Shown here piece by piece: positions 50,801 through 63,545 of a DNA stretch of 64,000 nucleotides (positions are counted from its first letter, which is position 1; every line of letters starts with the position of its first letter). A program made the translations under genes and the position numbers. The notes under the pieces are model-generated. The model searched no databases. It worked only from the letters and a program-made list of their open reading frames with translations, and had not been told where the DNA came from. The stretch is from Raillietiella orientalis (Eukaryota): contig JAYWIR010000031.1 of the NCBI GenBank assembly GCA_036172245.1, positions 682,001-746,000 on the forward strand, given 5' to 3'.

Positions 50801-52699
50801 GCTGATCGTTGATGACTGCAAGATAAGCGAGGACAGAAGAGTCTGAGAAGAAGAATGAAGAAGAAGTCTGAGAGTGCGCTTCCGGATCACGTCTCGTCCC
50901 AGGAGGTCCCACCTCCCTTTTCCCAGGAAAGTAAGTGGAGGCCGCTGTCACGGCTGAAAGGAACCGTCCTGCAGAAGAGATGATGGACTGAAGCGAATTC
51001 TTTTCCCGGATGCCAGTTTCTTCATCCCTGATGCAGCTGCCTTGTTTTCTGTGTGTGGCTGAATCCTCATATTCTGCCACTAAATTCTGCGAGTTCCTCC
51101 CCTAGTACGAAGTCTCACAAATCACAAAAGTGGACATCACGCATGCACTAGCCAGACGAACCTGACGTCATTATCCCCTTCCCAAGATGGACACCCCTCT
51201 TCGACCACTCGGCATGCTGAGACGAACGTAGACTTCCCGAGAGTGTGATGGCCTCCAGGACGCTCCGAGAATGGGTCTTACTGGGAGAAGAGCAGAGGAA
51301 CTGCGTGGGAGAAGGGGGTTCCACAGAATGTTGGTAGGCGGGCGTCGCAGTAACGAGACCTCCATCTGGGAGGCGATCCCGACCAGCGCGACTTCTTTTC
51401 AACAACGTGTCAGATCTGTTCCAGTCCTGCCTTATTAACCTGCAGAAGCACGAGCTGCCCCTCTCCGTTAACCAAAGGTCTCTATTCAGCTGCATCGTAG
51501 GCGTGGATACCGACGCGAAGTTCTGGATCAACCTCCTGCCCGTCCTGCAGCCCATAAGGGAGCGCGGTGCTTTCTTGAATCCTTGGGTTGTCCCGGAGAG
51601 GTTCCGGATTCCGGAAGATGAAGACCCCTGTATCGAGTGCTGCGCAGACCGCCAGAGCTATTATCTCGAGAGGCGCTGCGAGAAGTAAGGTGTTCCAAGG
51701 TCTTCCTGCCATGATGCGAGACGCGTAGGGACTGCCATCCCCTGTAGCTGGTAGACCTGCTTGTGAATCCCCTGATCCGCCTGACCCAGTATCCCCCTCT
51801 GCTACAGAGATCGGGAACACCCTGGGGGAGCCGGAAACTCTATGAGAATCCAGCGCGCTGGTCCAGGAGGCCCACCTCGGGTCGAAGCAGGACCCAGAGG
51901 TTCACCACCACACCGGCTCGTTCGACATCCTGGAGACTAAGGACGAGGTTTCGGAGCGCCTCCTCCGCTGTGACTCGAACCAAGACTTCAGGGGTGCGCC
52001 GATGCCCAGGTTCGCGGCCAGAGAGAGGAGCCGCCTGAGTGAGGCCAGGTGGTCCTTCCGGCTGGACTGTCTCAACGCCTACCAGTTGACCAGAGGCCGC
52101 TCCTGGGTGACCTGTGGTCTTCTTGAACCACTTCGGCGCCATCTCGGCGGCCTTCATATTGCAACGCGACGGATGCTTGTTGCACGCGGATGCAGCTCGT
52201 CTCTCAGGCGTGGAAGGAGAACAGAGGGCGGCCTTCTACGGGGGAGCTGAGGTCCGTGGCATCCCTCAATACGCCCTCAGATGACGCCTCCGTGGGATCC
52301 CCCCGTCACGAGGAGGCCGAACGAAGGCGGATCCCCTCGCTGGGACTCTCACTGGCCAGGCAGCACCAGGACAGAGAACTAGCCGGGAGAGGGCACGCGA
52401 GGGACGCACTCCCCGCTAGCATCCCCTCCTTTGTCGGGAGACTACCTCCGAGCACCGTGGAACCTGAGAGATGATGGTCCGGCCGTTTCCCGGGAAACGG
52501 AACCGTCCCAGTCTGCTGGAAGGAGGCAGCAGCCGGTGGGCTCATCTCTCCGACGATCCGCGGCAGGCGGCGACCAGGTCAGGATGACAAAGAGCAGAGA
52601 AGAGGCCAAAAAAAAAAAAAACAGTATTTTTCATCAACCACACTGGTCTTTTAACTAGTGGTTTCCTCTTACTCGCTGCCCCATCCTACTGCTTCCTTA

Positions 52700-53905
52700 A
52701 ACAGTCCCCACTGCGAGACGACTTTCTCTGCATCTCGGAACGCAAATCCGGGAGCTTCCATACACGCACGCGGGACCCTACTTAGGGTTCAGGAATCGAC
52801 GTCTCAACCCTTCCCTGCAGCATCTTCTCTTCCTCACTTCTTCCCTACCGTTGTTTCCCCCTCATGTCAGCGTGACGACACCGTGCGCCTTTCGAACTTG
52901 CTCGATGACCCTACGCCATTTGCACAGTGGTCTAAATCACGTCTGACGGAATCCTGTGCCGCCAAGGTCCATCCGTCACCCACGTTATGGTAAATGGCAC
53001 CAAGAGTAGCACCAGTTGCCATCGGTTCTTGCCCAGAAACAGTTATGCACCTTCTTCTCCCCGTAACTTTACTCCGGGTGACCCGTTGAGACTCTGAACG
53101 ATGTCCACCTGAAAGCCTCCATGATGCTATTCATTCGGCCTTCCAGAGTGCCCGACTCACACCCTGCATCCCTTCATCCCTTCGGTTCAGAGCTTCCGTC
53201 GGCAGGTGCGGAAGCTCTGAGCTCGCCTCCGAAAGGACTGCCCGTTCCTCCCCCGTTCTTGGACACCTCCATACCACCCCCTCAGGCGGCGGCACGGAAT
53301 GCTGTGCCTCTCTCTTGCACTGGGGTCTCCCTTGGAACGAGCTCCAGCGTCACGTTACGGGAGGGAGCGCCTCCCCGGAATGTGTCAGCTACGGTGCAAT
53401 CGAATCGCTCTGGTGCTCTCTGCCGACTGCGTGGACGGCTGCTACGTCTCACTCCTCCTCGCAAGTGCATCTCTCGTCTGCCTCCCGCGACCTCAGCGTC
53501 TTGCTGCATCCGCGGCATCCTCCCTCGAACCACAGCAACCCCAACGGGAAGCCACCTACTCCGCTGCTTCCTCCACGAAGAAGGCTTGCAGGTGGTCCCA
53601 TCTGAAAACACAAGTCATCAGAGAGATCGCCTCCATCTTGCAGCAGCTTTAGGAAGGAAGCAGGAATCTCTGTGACCCCGCCCAGTGACCTCTATCATTT
53701 ATTTATTTGTGTGTCCTCCTGTCTTTCTCCTAAGCTCCTGAGAAAATGTTGCTAAGAAATTCTTTCGCGAACCCCCCCCAAATGAACCTCTTACGCTGCT
53801 TTGTTTGTTCTCCTTTTGAACCACAAGAAACTTGGTTCTCTGTATGCGTATCTTCCTTTTTATATATATATAAATAAACTCCCGGCCTAATCGGGCGAGA
53901 ACATC
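52700..53905 (+). mobile_element. Tx1-like LINE 3' fragment
   Basis: LLHWGLPWN...SPEC...ESL, RWSHL, tail and terminal cccggcctaatcggg at 53881-53895; left boundary uncertain. Confidence 0.65.
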
Positions 53906-54199
53906 TCTTCCTCCCGAACACATTAAAAGAATAGCGCCTGAAACTTGGGGATCTGTTGCACCGTCAGCAGTGTTCCCACAATCCAGTGAGCAAGATCTTC
54001 GTGCGAAATTCACGTCTGGTGTCCCGAAGGCTCCCGATCTGCCCATGTACTCGGCTACGAAACGGAGGAAATTCATCCCATGAACCCGGAGTGGTCTTCT
54101 GATTCCAAACTTCCAAGGAGTCTTCAAATGAGTGTGGCTTCATCCAAGCCCTTTTCCTGAATGTGGAGAAGGAGCATTAGGGAATTTCTTCTCTGCCAG

Positions 54200-55292
54200 A
54201 GCCGCTGTTGATCTCTTCCATCATCTTGAGTGAACTGCATTGCCTGGCTTCAGGAGTCGCTCGTCTCCGCATGGGGGAAGATCCACGGCGTGAGTGAGGC
54301 AGAGTACGCCTGCCTGCAGCGAGGCGTCAACGCTCGCAAGCCGCTAGGGGAGATCGTCCGCAACCGCAGAAGATGCTGCGGATCCCGTCTACCCTCCTTG
54401 CCCCAGTACTGCTCTTCCTCAGGGACGCAAGGGGTAGCGTCATCCCAGCGAGGTGGGAAGTAACGTGCTGCATAGCAGCAAAGACTAAACCTCTGGGACG
54501 TGGACAACTCGGGAGGTCACGAACGCTGCGACCCCGAGTGTTCCACCCTAAGGACTTGCACTGGGGAGACCTGCTCCGCATCCCTCGGGAGGAGATGGAG
54601 TGTCCCTCAGCGAGCTGGAACAGTGGCACTCTTCTCCTCGAGTTCGCGTTGCTGGTGTTGCATGGGGGAATCCCGTGCAAAGAGTACCTTCACCACTGGA
54701 CACGGGGGAGAGTGATCGCGGCAGGTGTTGGAAGAAGGAGACCCTCCTGCATCTGCTGTTGGACTGTGTTGCCCTCTGATCCCTTTGATATCGCCTCGCG
54801 GCGACCCTAGGAATCCCAACGGGCAGCTCCAGGACAACCTTAAAACGCCTCTTCGTGCGTGACGCTCTGCCGAGCCTACAGCCACATCTCTAGCAGTTGT
54901 CCTCTACGTCTGCGGAATCATGGCAGCTTGGAAAACAGGAAGAAGAGGACGAAATGGCATGGACGCCATCCACGTGGGCGGATCTTCCTGAGGACTGCCT
55001 GGAGATCCTCACCTGGGCACTATCCGGACGAAACTTGCCAGCATCCTGAACAGGATGCAGAAGACGTCTGGAAGCGTGCCGTGATCCCTCCCTCACTCCC
55101 CTCTTCACCCATGTATAAATCTTTTTTTCCTATTTTGTTTCCCCTTCCCCCACGCTTTCAAAACGGATCTAGCCGATCTGCGCGTCGCTCTTCGGCAGGT
55201 TCATTGCAAGTGGTGGAATCAAGGATTCTACCATACCAATGTGTTTTTATTGCTTCATATAAGAAATGCCCCAGCATAACCGGATGACAATC
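54200..55292 (+). mobile_element. Tx1-like LINE 3' fragment, paralog of 11380-12400
   Basis: LVLHGGIPCKEYLHHW...RC.KKETLLHLLLDC; terminal motif at 55261-55292. Confidence 0.8.
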
Positions 55293-56786
55293 ATTTTGAG
55301 CGTGTACATCCGAATCCCGTTGCTTGTGCTTCACTCAGGAGACATCGGAAAGAGCACGCTGCACCATCGTTGCAAGCGTGCCCTTTTCTGACCTCCATGC
55401 CTTCTACCGGAAACACGAGATCTGCCTTTCTGCGCTCTTCGACCACAACAAGGAAGGAGAAAATGTGCCGCCATCAATCAGATCCATTCTGTCTAGCTGT
55501 CGGAGAAAAGAAACCAAACAACTGCCAAGCGCTAGACCATGAAGGAACTGGTCATCCTGATCCATCAGAAGAACTTGCGTCCACGTGAACTCCCTCATTT
55601 CACTGGACAGCCAGTGTTTTCCCAGGTGGTTCGTCAATGCAACGTGCTTCATCCAGCTTGCGCTCCCGTTGGCATCAATTTTTTGCTCATACGTTTCCGT
55701 CTCACTTTGCTTCGGACCTGACAGCTCGTTTCGAATCCCGTGCTCCCGGGGACGAATTTGTCGTCCACGTATCAGTTGTGGTGGGGAACAGGCCACCATC
55801 GGTTTTTAAAATTGCTAGCCTCGCTTCCAACTCGTCGGCTGCTTTTTTTTTTTTCTTCTTTTGAGCAGCTGAACGAATTGGACAGTAGATGTCGCGAACG
55901 GATGGGTTTGCATTCGCTGAGGGAAAGTGAGGAGCCTATCAATCTTCCTTTAAGGAGATTACCGTGGTTGAAGGCTCATTAGAAACATTGCCATGCACAA
56001 CTCAGCATAATGGATTCGCGGGCTTGAAATGACGTTTTCAATCCCTCACGCAGCTTTAATGCGCAACGAGTTGGACTTTTCCGTGCCTGCTTCTCTGCAG
56101 GCACGGTTGGTGCCATGCTCTAAAACGCCCCAAAACGTATCCGCTTCTTGGACCTCGCCACGAAAGAAATGAAACCGCAGTCGGTGTCTTTGGCCGTTGG
56201 AAGTTCAGCTGGTTTCCTGAGCAATCTCGTTAGCAAAGGATTTCAGGGTTGCCACGTGGGTGTCTACGAGCCAGCTGTGGTCGAGTCATTCAGATAACGA
56301 GATTTCTCTTTCTTTCTTTTTTCTGTCTCTTTCAAATCAGACAGCATGATCAGCGCTTGAAGATGAACAAAGACTTTGTACGAAAAGTTCTACATCATGC
56401 AGAGGATGAGGATATGAGCACGAGATGCAGGAGACGGATTGTGGCGCGTGCACATCCATCCGAATGAGCATCCAGCTCCTTTGGCACTGAGGCAGACAAT
56501 TTTGCAGAGCACCATTGGAAAGTGGTCATAGGCAATTTGCGGATGCGGATTAGAGGACACAGTGAGAAATCAACGAAATGGACTGCTGCATATGAAATCA
56601 GTGGTGAAAATCCTCACGAAAGTTCACTGCGAACGAGAAATCAGAGGTTCTTCTTTCAGGGACGTTCCCAGACAAATCGAAGGAATCCATAAAGATCTCG
56701 CAAATTGAAATTCACTTAAAGACGAAGTAAGTGAAATTCATGAAAGTTCAAAATGAAGTGGACACAATGATCCGGAAGTTAGTGTA

Positions 56787-57689
56787 CGAGGCTCATCTCA
56801 AAACAAAGGGCCGATAGAATATAAAGAAGGAACGAATGAGAGAAACAAAAGTGTATTGGTGGTTCGAAGCCCGTACACCCCTACGTCATTTTTCTACGCA
56901 ATTTTTTTTTTTTTTCCAAACACTTTTGATATCGTGGAAAAAGTTTTTTTAGATCCTCTGCATGAAACCCCGCCATCTGGGAGTTCAGCAGCACTGCAGT
57001 TTTCGACTCCTCCCTTTCCTCGAATCGTTGAGCCACTTCTGGAGCTGCAGGAGGGAAGAGCGTGGTAGTTACTAAGCGGGACTGTAAGGTGGATGATCAA
57101 GAAGTTCCCATTTGAATTTCTGAATTGTCTGGAACGTGTGGACAGCGGTGAGTGGGACGAAAAGGGTGTGTGCCTTTGGTGGACTTTATGGAGCCTGGAA
57201 CAGCCACCATTTATCAATTCTCCTGTGAAACACTTTCAAAGCTGCGGCGTGCCATTCAGAACCGACGACGTGGAATGCTAAGATCAGGAATTGCTCTTCT
57301 CCACGACAACGCGCTCCTTGGCAACAACACATGCTGTCCGCACATCCCAGACAATTCAGAATTCAAATGGGAACTTTTTGATTACCCACTTTACAGTCCT
57401 GACCTCGCGCCCACCGACTACCACGTCTTCGTGCACCTCAAGAGGTGGCTCAACGATTCGAGGGGGAGAGTGAGGAGTGGAAAACTGCAGTGCTGCTGAA
57501 CTCCCGGATGGCGGGGTTTCATGCAGAGGATTCGAAAAATGTGATTCCAAGGTATCATAAGTGTTTGGAAAAAAATGGTGACTACGTAAAAAAATGATAT
57601 GGGGATGTATACGTTTGGAACCACTGATACATTTTTGTTTTTCTCCTTCCTTTACATCTGATCGGCCTCTACTTTTGAGAGGAGCCTCG
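56787..57689. mobile_element. 903-bp mariner-derived fold-back MITE
   Basis: TA at 56785-56786 and 57690-57691; TIR CGAGGCTC.TCTCAAAA; plus strand gives VDFMEPG...KLRRAIQNRRRG...LLHDNA...YSPDLAPTDYH...KCLEKNGDYV; 56787-57146 is an inverted copy of 57332-57689. Confidence 0.92.
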
Positions 57690-58949
57690 TATTTGATTAG
57701 TTATCATACAGATTTTGGGCAAGGTCGAAAATCTCGATGAATGATTCCGAAAGTGTTGCGATTGGTATCGACAACTCTGCCATGAGCTCTTTTCAGCAAT
57801 TGTGGTTCATTCTCGATCTTCTCATGCCTTCTTCGATTGCTTGGCCTGAGATTTCTCGAAATCTCGAGAGCATTTTTGAAAATTCCCCTCTGAAAGAAAT
57901 TTGCAGTGCTTCGTGTTTGGTTGGAAATTTTTTCGACTTCTCAAGAGCTAAAACGTCCTTGCCACCCAAACCTATCTGCCGTCTTCCACGGCAAAAGCCG
58001 CTCTTTCACTCTCCCTCTCGGATCAGTTGTCCTCCTATCGAAAAGGGGAAACACTGGGCGTTTGCTCATGAGTCACGGCAAAGTCAAATACGAGGTCCTG
58101 AATCAGAAAATGGGAGCTCCATCCATCACAGTAATTACAGGTCCGGATTGACGAAATTCATGACTTGGAATTAATGAGTGTATGATTCGTTAATTCATTC
58201 TTGAAATCCGGTTCCCGGTGTCATTCAGTTGAAATGCAGTTCCCGGATCTAAGGTCTGGTGAATTCCACCTGAGGACAGTGATGATAGAACGATGACGAT
58301 GGAATGCGGACGTGCTCGTAGAAGTGTGGTCGAGATGAACATCAGAGACCTCCAAAGAAAATCTTACAATCGACCCACCACGAAAACTCGAACACGCGCT
58401 ATGACTGTTTTCTGCTCGCATGCGCTTCTGAGAGCATCGGAAACCGGAAAAAGAAATTCTTTTTCGATAAATTGATGTAGAGTAAGCAGTTGGAAATAGA
58501 AGAAAGTCATGCAGAAATGAGAACGAAACCCTAGAACGAATTTCATTTTACAGCCAACTGATAGAGATCAAAACACAGGAAGAAAGCATTTTCGCCACAG
58601 ACATTCGTCCACAGTCAAAATAGATAAAAAATTCCTCAGGGAGAGAAAATTCAATAACCTTTTGTGGACATCCAGAGATTCCATTATTAATGAGACATGT
58701 TTTGCATTTTGCATGCCACTTCATCAGATACGAATGCTGCCTCAGAAATAAATAACAACAGTGTCTTACTGGATTCTCATCCACTTGTTCCGATGAAATC
58801 TTCAAGAACCATGATTTGCAGCCTCGTGTAAACATCGCTCCGACCACCTGAACACTCTGTTAAGTGGACTCTGATTTCCATTGATAGGTGTAAAGTTAAG
58901 CAGAGTCAAAAACAGAAACGAGTCAATCGGCGATCATCTTCGGCTAAGG

Positions 58950-59580
58950 TTTCAAAATTGGCTCAGACATTCCCTGTGGTCTCTTTCTTTCGAGAGAGTA
59001 ATCTTCGGTATTTGTCATCAAGTTGATGATAGGAATCGTTTCAGTGTTAATGCTCATCTTCAAATTGAGGAAGTCAAACAAAATAATGTCCATCGTCCAC
59101 TGAATTCTACAAGGTATGGTAGTACAGGTTCCTTGTCTCCGTTGAATGTTCACTCATGATATGATGTCTTTCCGCTGTACATGGCAAATCTCTTTTCCTT
59201 ATGATCTCAAATTTAACCCAGAGCTCCAGAAAGGTTCAGTGATCTTTATGCCACTCGTGAAATGTAGGTAACCTTGATTCTTCTGCATCTAGAGATCGAT
59301 GCGAACAGTCGATAACAAATTCTTCTTGAACAGTTCTGCCACTTTATAGGAGTCCCCACCAATCTCCGCTTATCGGTTTCTTGATTTGCACTTTATCAGC
59401 CCAGATTCAGGGCTAAATACATCCTGTCTGGTGCAGACACCCATTCTTCAGCCTTTGTACAGCAAAGACATGTATGTATCTAGGTTGCCGTATAAATGAG
59501 ATCATGTATGTATTGCGGAATGGTCATGCTATGGATTCGGAATGCGTCAGCCACCGAAGAGGACACCATCGAATGGTGAC
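58950..59580 (-). mobile_element. Mutator-like/Kolobok-type transposase remnant
   Basis: PFDG, KC...AELFKK and TNTED...PQG motifs in order. Confidence 0.3.
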
Positions 59581-60449
59581 TAATTAAATGACACAGACAA
59601 TCGCTCACAGACTCACGGACCTATGCTTGCCTAACTCGATGAGGCATCGCCTATCATAACTTCTTGTTATGCAAATGGGACAAGCGTTGTATGAACTAGT
59701 AAACTGAATGGATATCTCTCAGCTTATCCACAAATGCTGTAAGAGCAGCAGTGGATAAGGATAAGGAAAGAAATTAATACTTCTTTCTTTTTTTTTAAAA
59801 GAAAAAAAAAAGCTCCATCGCACTATGCTGTCTTCACTAATATTATCATCAACTCCAAAGCTAAGCATCCCAATACATTAACTTATTTCAATTGTTTACT
59901 ACTGATATCTGCCAAGTGTTCTTCTAGGAAGCAATAAAAGAACAAATAGATGTTTCCTGCAGAGAAACTTCAGGAGATATTTCCGGATAGCTGTTCTTCC
60001 CACTCAACTGGAAAATGACAGCAGACGAGTTTAGCAGCAATAGCCATCGGAGGGATAGAAAACATCAAGAGAAATATTTGTGGTCAGCATTTGGGGCAGT
60101 CGTATCCCATGGAAAAAGGTACTCCGGGCCACACTCCAAGTTTTTGATCGCAGAGACTGAAAAAGTGAGGCCATCCCGTGAAAATCTACTTGCTGCCAGG
60201 GATGCCTGGAGAGTTTCTCATGCATGGATGGTCACTCCTGATGGACTTTGGCGTGATGTGCAAGTTTAAATTGTCGGCGAGCAGATTAAAAATCACTAAA
60301 GCTAACGAGACGCCAAGGTGAGCAGGAATGTTTCAGGAGTGTGGGAATTCTAAATGCATCCATGTTTTCCTTGAAGAATTATAGAAGAAGAGTTCATCGA
60401 GCACACTGATGGAGGAAACTTTGAGAAATTCAGAGTCATGACGGCGACC

Positions 60450-60800
60450 CATTTTTATTTATAAAACACCGAGAAGGACTTGGAAAGAACACACAAAAAT
60501 GACCACCGGCGGTATTTTCAGATCGCCAGGCTGTCGGACTATTCGCTTCAAAAATCTGCAACTTTTCCTCGCAAAAGATGCAGGACATTGCTTCCAGCTG
60601 AACAGCAATGAAGTCCAACCCATATTTGTACCCATATTTGACTTACGTGGATTCACTTTGTAAAGAATATTACGAGCTCCACCTCTGTACAGAAAAAAGC
60701 GGTACTGTCAAAAAAATTGCTAATAATTCATGTACTACTTTTCCTCTGGAACCATTTGTCGGACTGAATGATAGTCAAAAGTCAATGCCAAAACACGTGG
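60450..60800 (-). mobile_element. piggyBac transposase remnant
   Basis: DKWFQRK and KYGYKYG (KPxKYGxK) motifs, followed by a GH-containing segment. Confidence 0.35.
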
Positions 60801-61939
60801 GACTCAACAAGCAGTTTCTAAATTCTGAGGACAACGATGAAATTATTGATGATGAAATTGCAAACTGTTTTTCGTTTCCCTTTAATCAAACTTTATATTT
60901 TAATAAAATCACTTGCTAATCTTCAAGGCGCGCACAACTTTATGGATTGCACTGTTCTTTGACTCTGCATCCCCCTTTTAAGTAGGACGATGACCACACT
61001 CTGCTTTTAGTATTATTAGTAGAATGCATTTCTTTTTCATGGATTATCTCTTCCTGGGAGGCAACTGGGAAAACAGAAACATTGAGAAAATATCACACTG
61101 GCATTTTAAGCGACATCATCTTTGTTCGCGTTCCATGAAGAGATCCTGCTTCACACTCTCTGTTCTCAGAGAAGAGAGATGTCTCTCTCAAAGGTGTTAA
61201 GCATTCAAGTTTGGTTTGATTCTATGAGATGCTCTGAGGATCGGAGAAACTTCGACGGACGAAGAAAATCAAAGTGAATCCTGAAGATTTGAAAAAGTTT
61301 CGGTTCCGGAAGCAAATCGCATTCCACATGCCGAGAAATGCCTGCCCTCCACGGTTGTGATCATAATTTCAGAGGGCTTTTCGTTTTTTGTTTTTTCTTT
61401 AATCCGAGGGCAAAACCTTTTGAAAGGGAGTAACTGATTATAGTTTACCTGCATTGACACTCATCGATCATCAATCAAAATTGTGAATTGTGACATCTAA
61501 CGTCCTAGGTGCCTTTCAACATTCTTGGGCAGCACTAAAGCTGAGATGTAACAAACCCATAATACAGAAGTTCAGAGTCCCGATTCTGGATGTTTTGCTC
61601 TTATGATGTCTAAGGATGAGTTTCGAGCTGTTATTTTTCAGATGTTCTTTTGATTCCTGGTCCTGAAAAGCGCATCATAAAAAGACCAAGGAGAGAACTT
61701 GAAGGACAGAACCATGAAATTATTCTTTGCCTCTCGAAGTGACTGTCCTTAACCCGCCATCTTTCTGGACCCAGACTTTTTGCTGCGCTGAAGCCAGAAA
61801 CACGTGTTTTCGAGGTTGAGATCGCTCACAAATCATTCACATAGGAATTCTTTTGTTATTTACATAACCGCTGCGAAATTTCATTGCACTCAGAGAACAT
61901 TCTCGACTTCCGCGGAAGCGGTTTTCTGTTTTCGAGCCA

Positions 61940-62140
61940 TCATTTTAAAAGCGCATCTGCAAAAGTGATTGAAACCGATTGGGAGTGGTTTGCAGCAAAC
62001 AGCTTTCCAGGTTCCTAAATGCACTCCATCTTGTCAGGAACTCAATGATTTTATCTGAAGCTGCATACATCACTTTATTATTCTTTTGCAGATCTTCCCC
62101 CTGGGGGCACACACGCATACAGAAGAAAATTCTGATCATT
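61940..62140 (-). mobile_element. Mutator-like/Kolobok-type transposase remnant
   Basis: CPQGED...LESCLLQTTPNRFQSL (CPxG...LLxRCLxGxTQNxNESL). Confidence 0.45.
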
Positions 62141-62619
62141 CAACATAAGACTTCTGAATAAGAAAGCAGACTCTCAGACAAGAAGCGAAATTCTTATAGA
62201 CGAGTCTGTACAAAAATGCTAAATGCTGATGCTGAAAATTGGTACATTGCATCTCATTAGGTACGAAGCGAATCGACACAAAATACGAACACGGATGAAG
62301 TTAATTGCTTTATTACGTGGATGCCTCCATCCTGAAAAATGGACACCAGCTGAGAATATCCAGATGAGGTGATGATGTAAAGCACATTAGCAGATTCATT
62401 CTTTTGAGCATCTATGAAATTTTCCGTAGAATGGAAGCAGAGGAAGGGAAATTACGAACACACGCACGAAACAGTCCTGATTTGAGCATCTGGTGTTTGC
62501 CCATCTTATGCCGTTTGCTAAAAAGGATGAAAGAAAAAACACGCAGTTTTGTTTCTCTTGTCAATTTGAGCATTCTGTTGGAACTTCTTTTCACACGAAA
62601 AGGTCAAGTTTCATATGTT

Positions 62620-62810
62620 TTGTGCCGTTTGTCTTGCGCTGGATGTCCACAAAAATCTGGTGTTCTAACGAAAAATCATAGAAGACGTCTAAAAACGTTC
62701 TTCCTTGTGAATACGATAGGAAGAACGTTTTTAGAATCTTCCTTTCATTTTCTCTTCCACCATAGGAACACCAGGCTTTTGTGGATATCCAGCGAAAGAG
62801 AAACGCGCCG
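62620..62810. repeat. ~190-bp imperfect palindrome with a perfect 18-bp core
   Basis: Core arms 62688-62705 and 62718-62735; outer arms cgctggatgtccacaaaa / ttttgtggatatccagcg. Confidence 0.85.
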
Positions 62811-63244
62811 ATGAAACAAAAGTTTGACGAACAAGGCCAGAGTTCTTCGAAGTAGATGTGCATTTAAAGGATCGATAAAAAACAGCCGCCCAGTGCAAAC
62901 CGATTTTCCTTTTTTTTTGTTTTAATTGCAAGTTTGATTGCAGCTTCCAAGAAAACGGGGCTGAAGGGTTTTCTGGCTTCAGAACCTGCAGAACAGTGCT
63001 CGAGCCATGTTTAAATAGATTGCTGAAGACTTGTTGAAATTATCCCAAGCTCATGCAGTGTCGTGCAAAATCGAGATATTCATAATAAATGATTAAGGAT
63101 GAAATCTCATTCACAGTTACCATGACACAACTGTGAATAGTTTCGATCCCTCCAGATTTCGTTCGCAGTCAGGGAATTCGACTGCTCATTTCGTCATACA
63201 ATGCTGTACGATCATGCTTTATTGGTTTCCTTTTTAATCATTTC

Positions 63245-63545
63245 GAATTTTCACAATTGGAGAGGAATGCCGAAGGGAACCCCCTCCTTGATTCCTGGAA
63301 GGACCCCGGAAGGTCAACTTCCAATCTCGGCCGGTCAACGGGGGCATGCGGTTTTTCCACCAGTGCCGTACACGAAGTCTACAAGACCAACCAGTGCCAT
63401 CTTGCGGGAGGAACTCGAAACCCACAATCGCACCCATTCCTCAGGAGTCGATCCTCCACGTCCACTTGGTAGATGGACTCCACCAGGCACTGCGGATTCG
63501 AAGCCGCAGCGCTTAGCACCACACGCCGAGACGGTGGCCGAGCCC
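63245..63545 (-). mobile_element. tRNA-like head and 5' block of the Tx1-associated family
   Basis: GGCTTCGAATCC B-box-like motif followed by the WKLTFRGPSRNQG block shared with 13880 and 43750. Confidence 0.65.
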
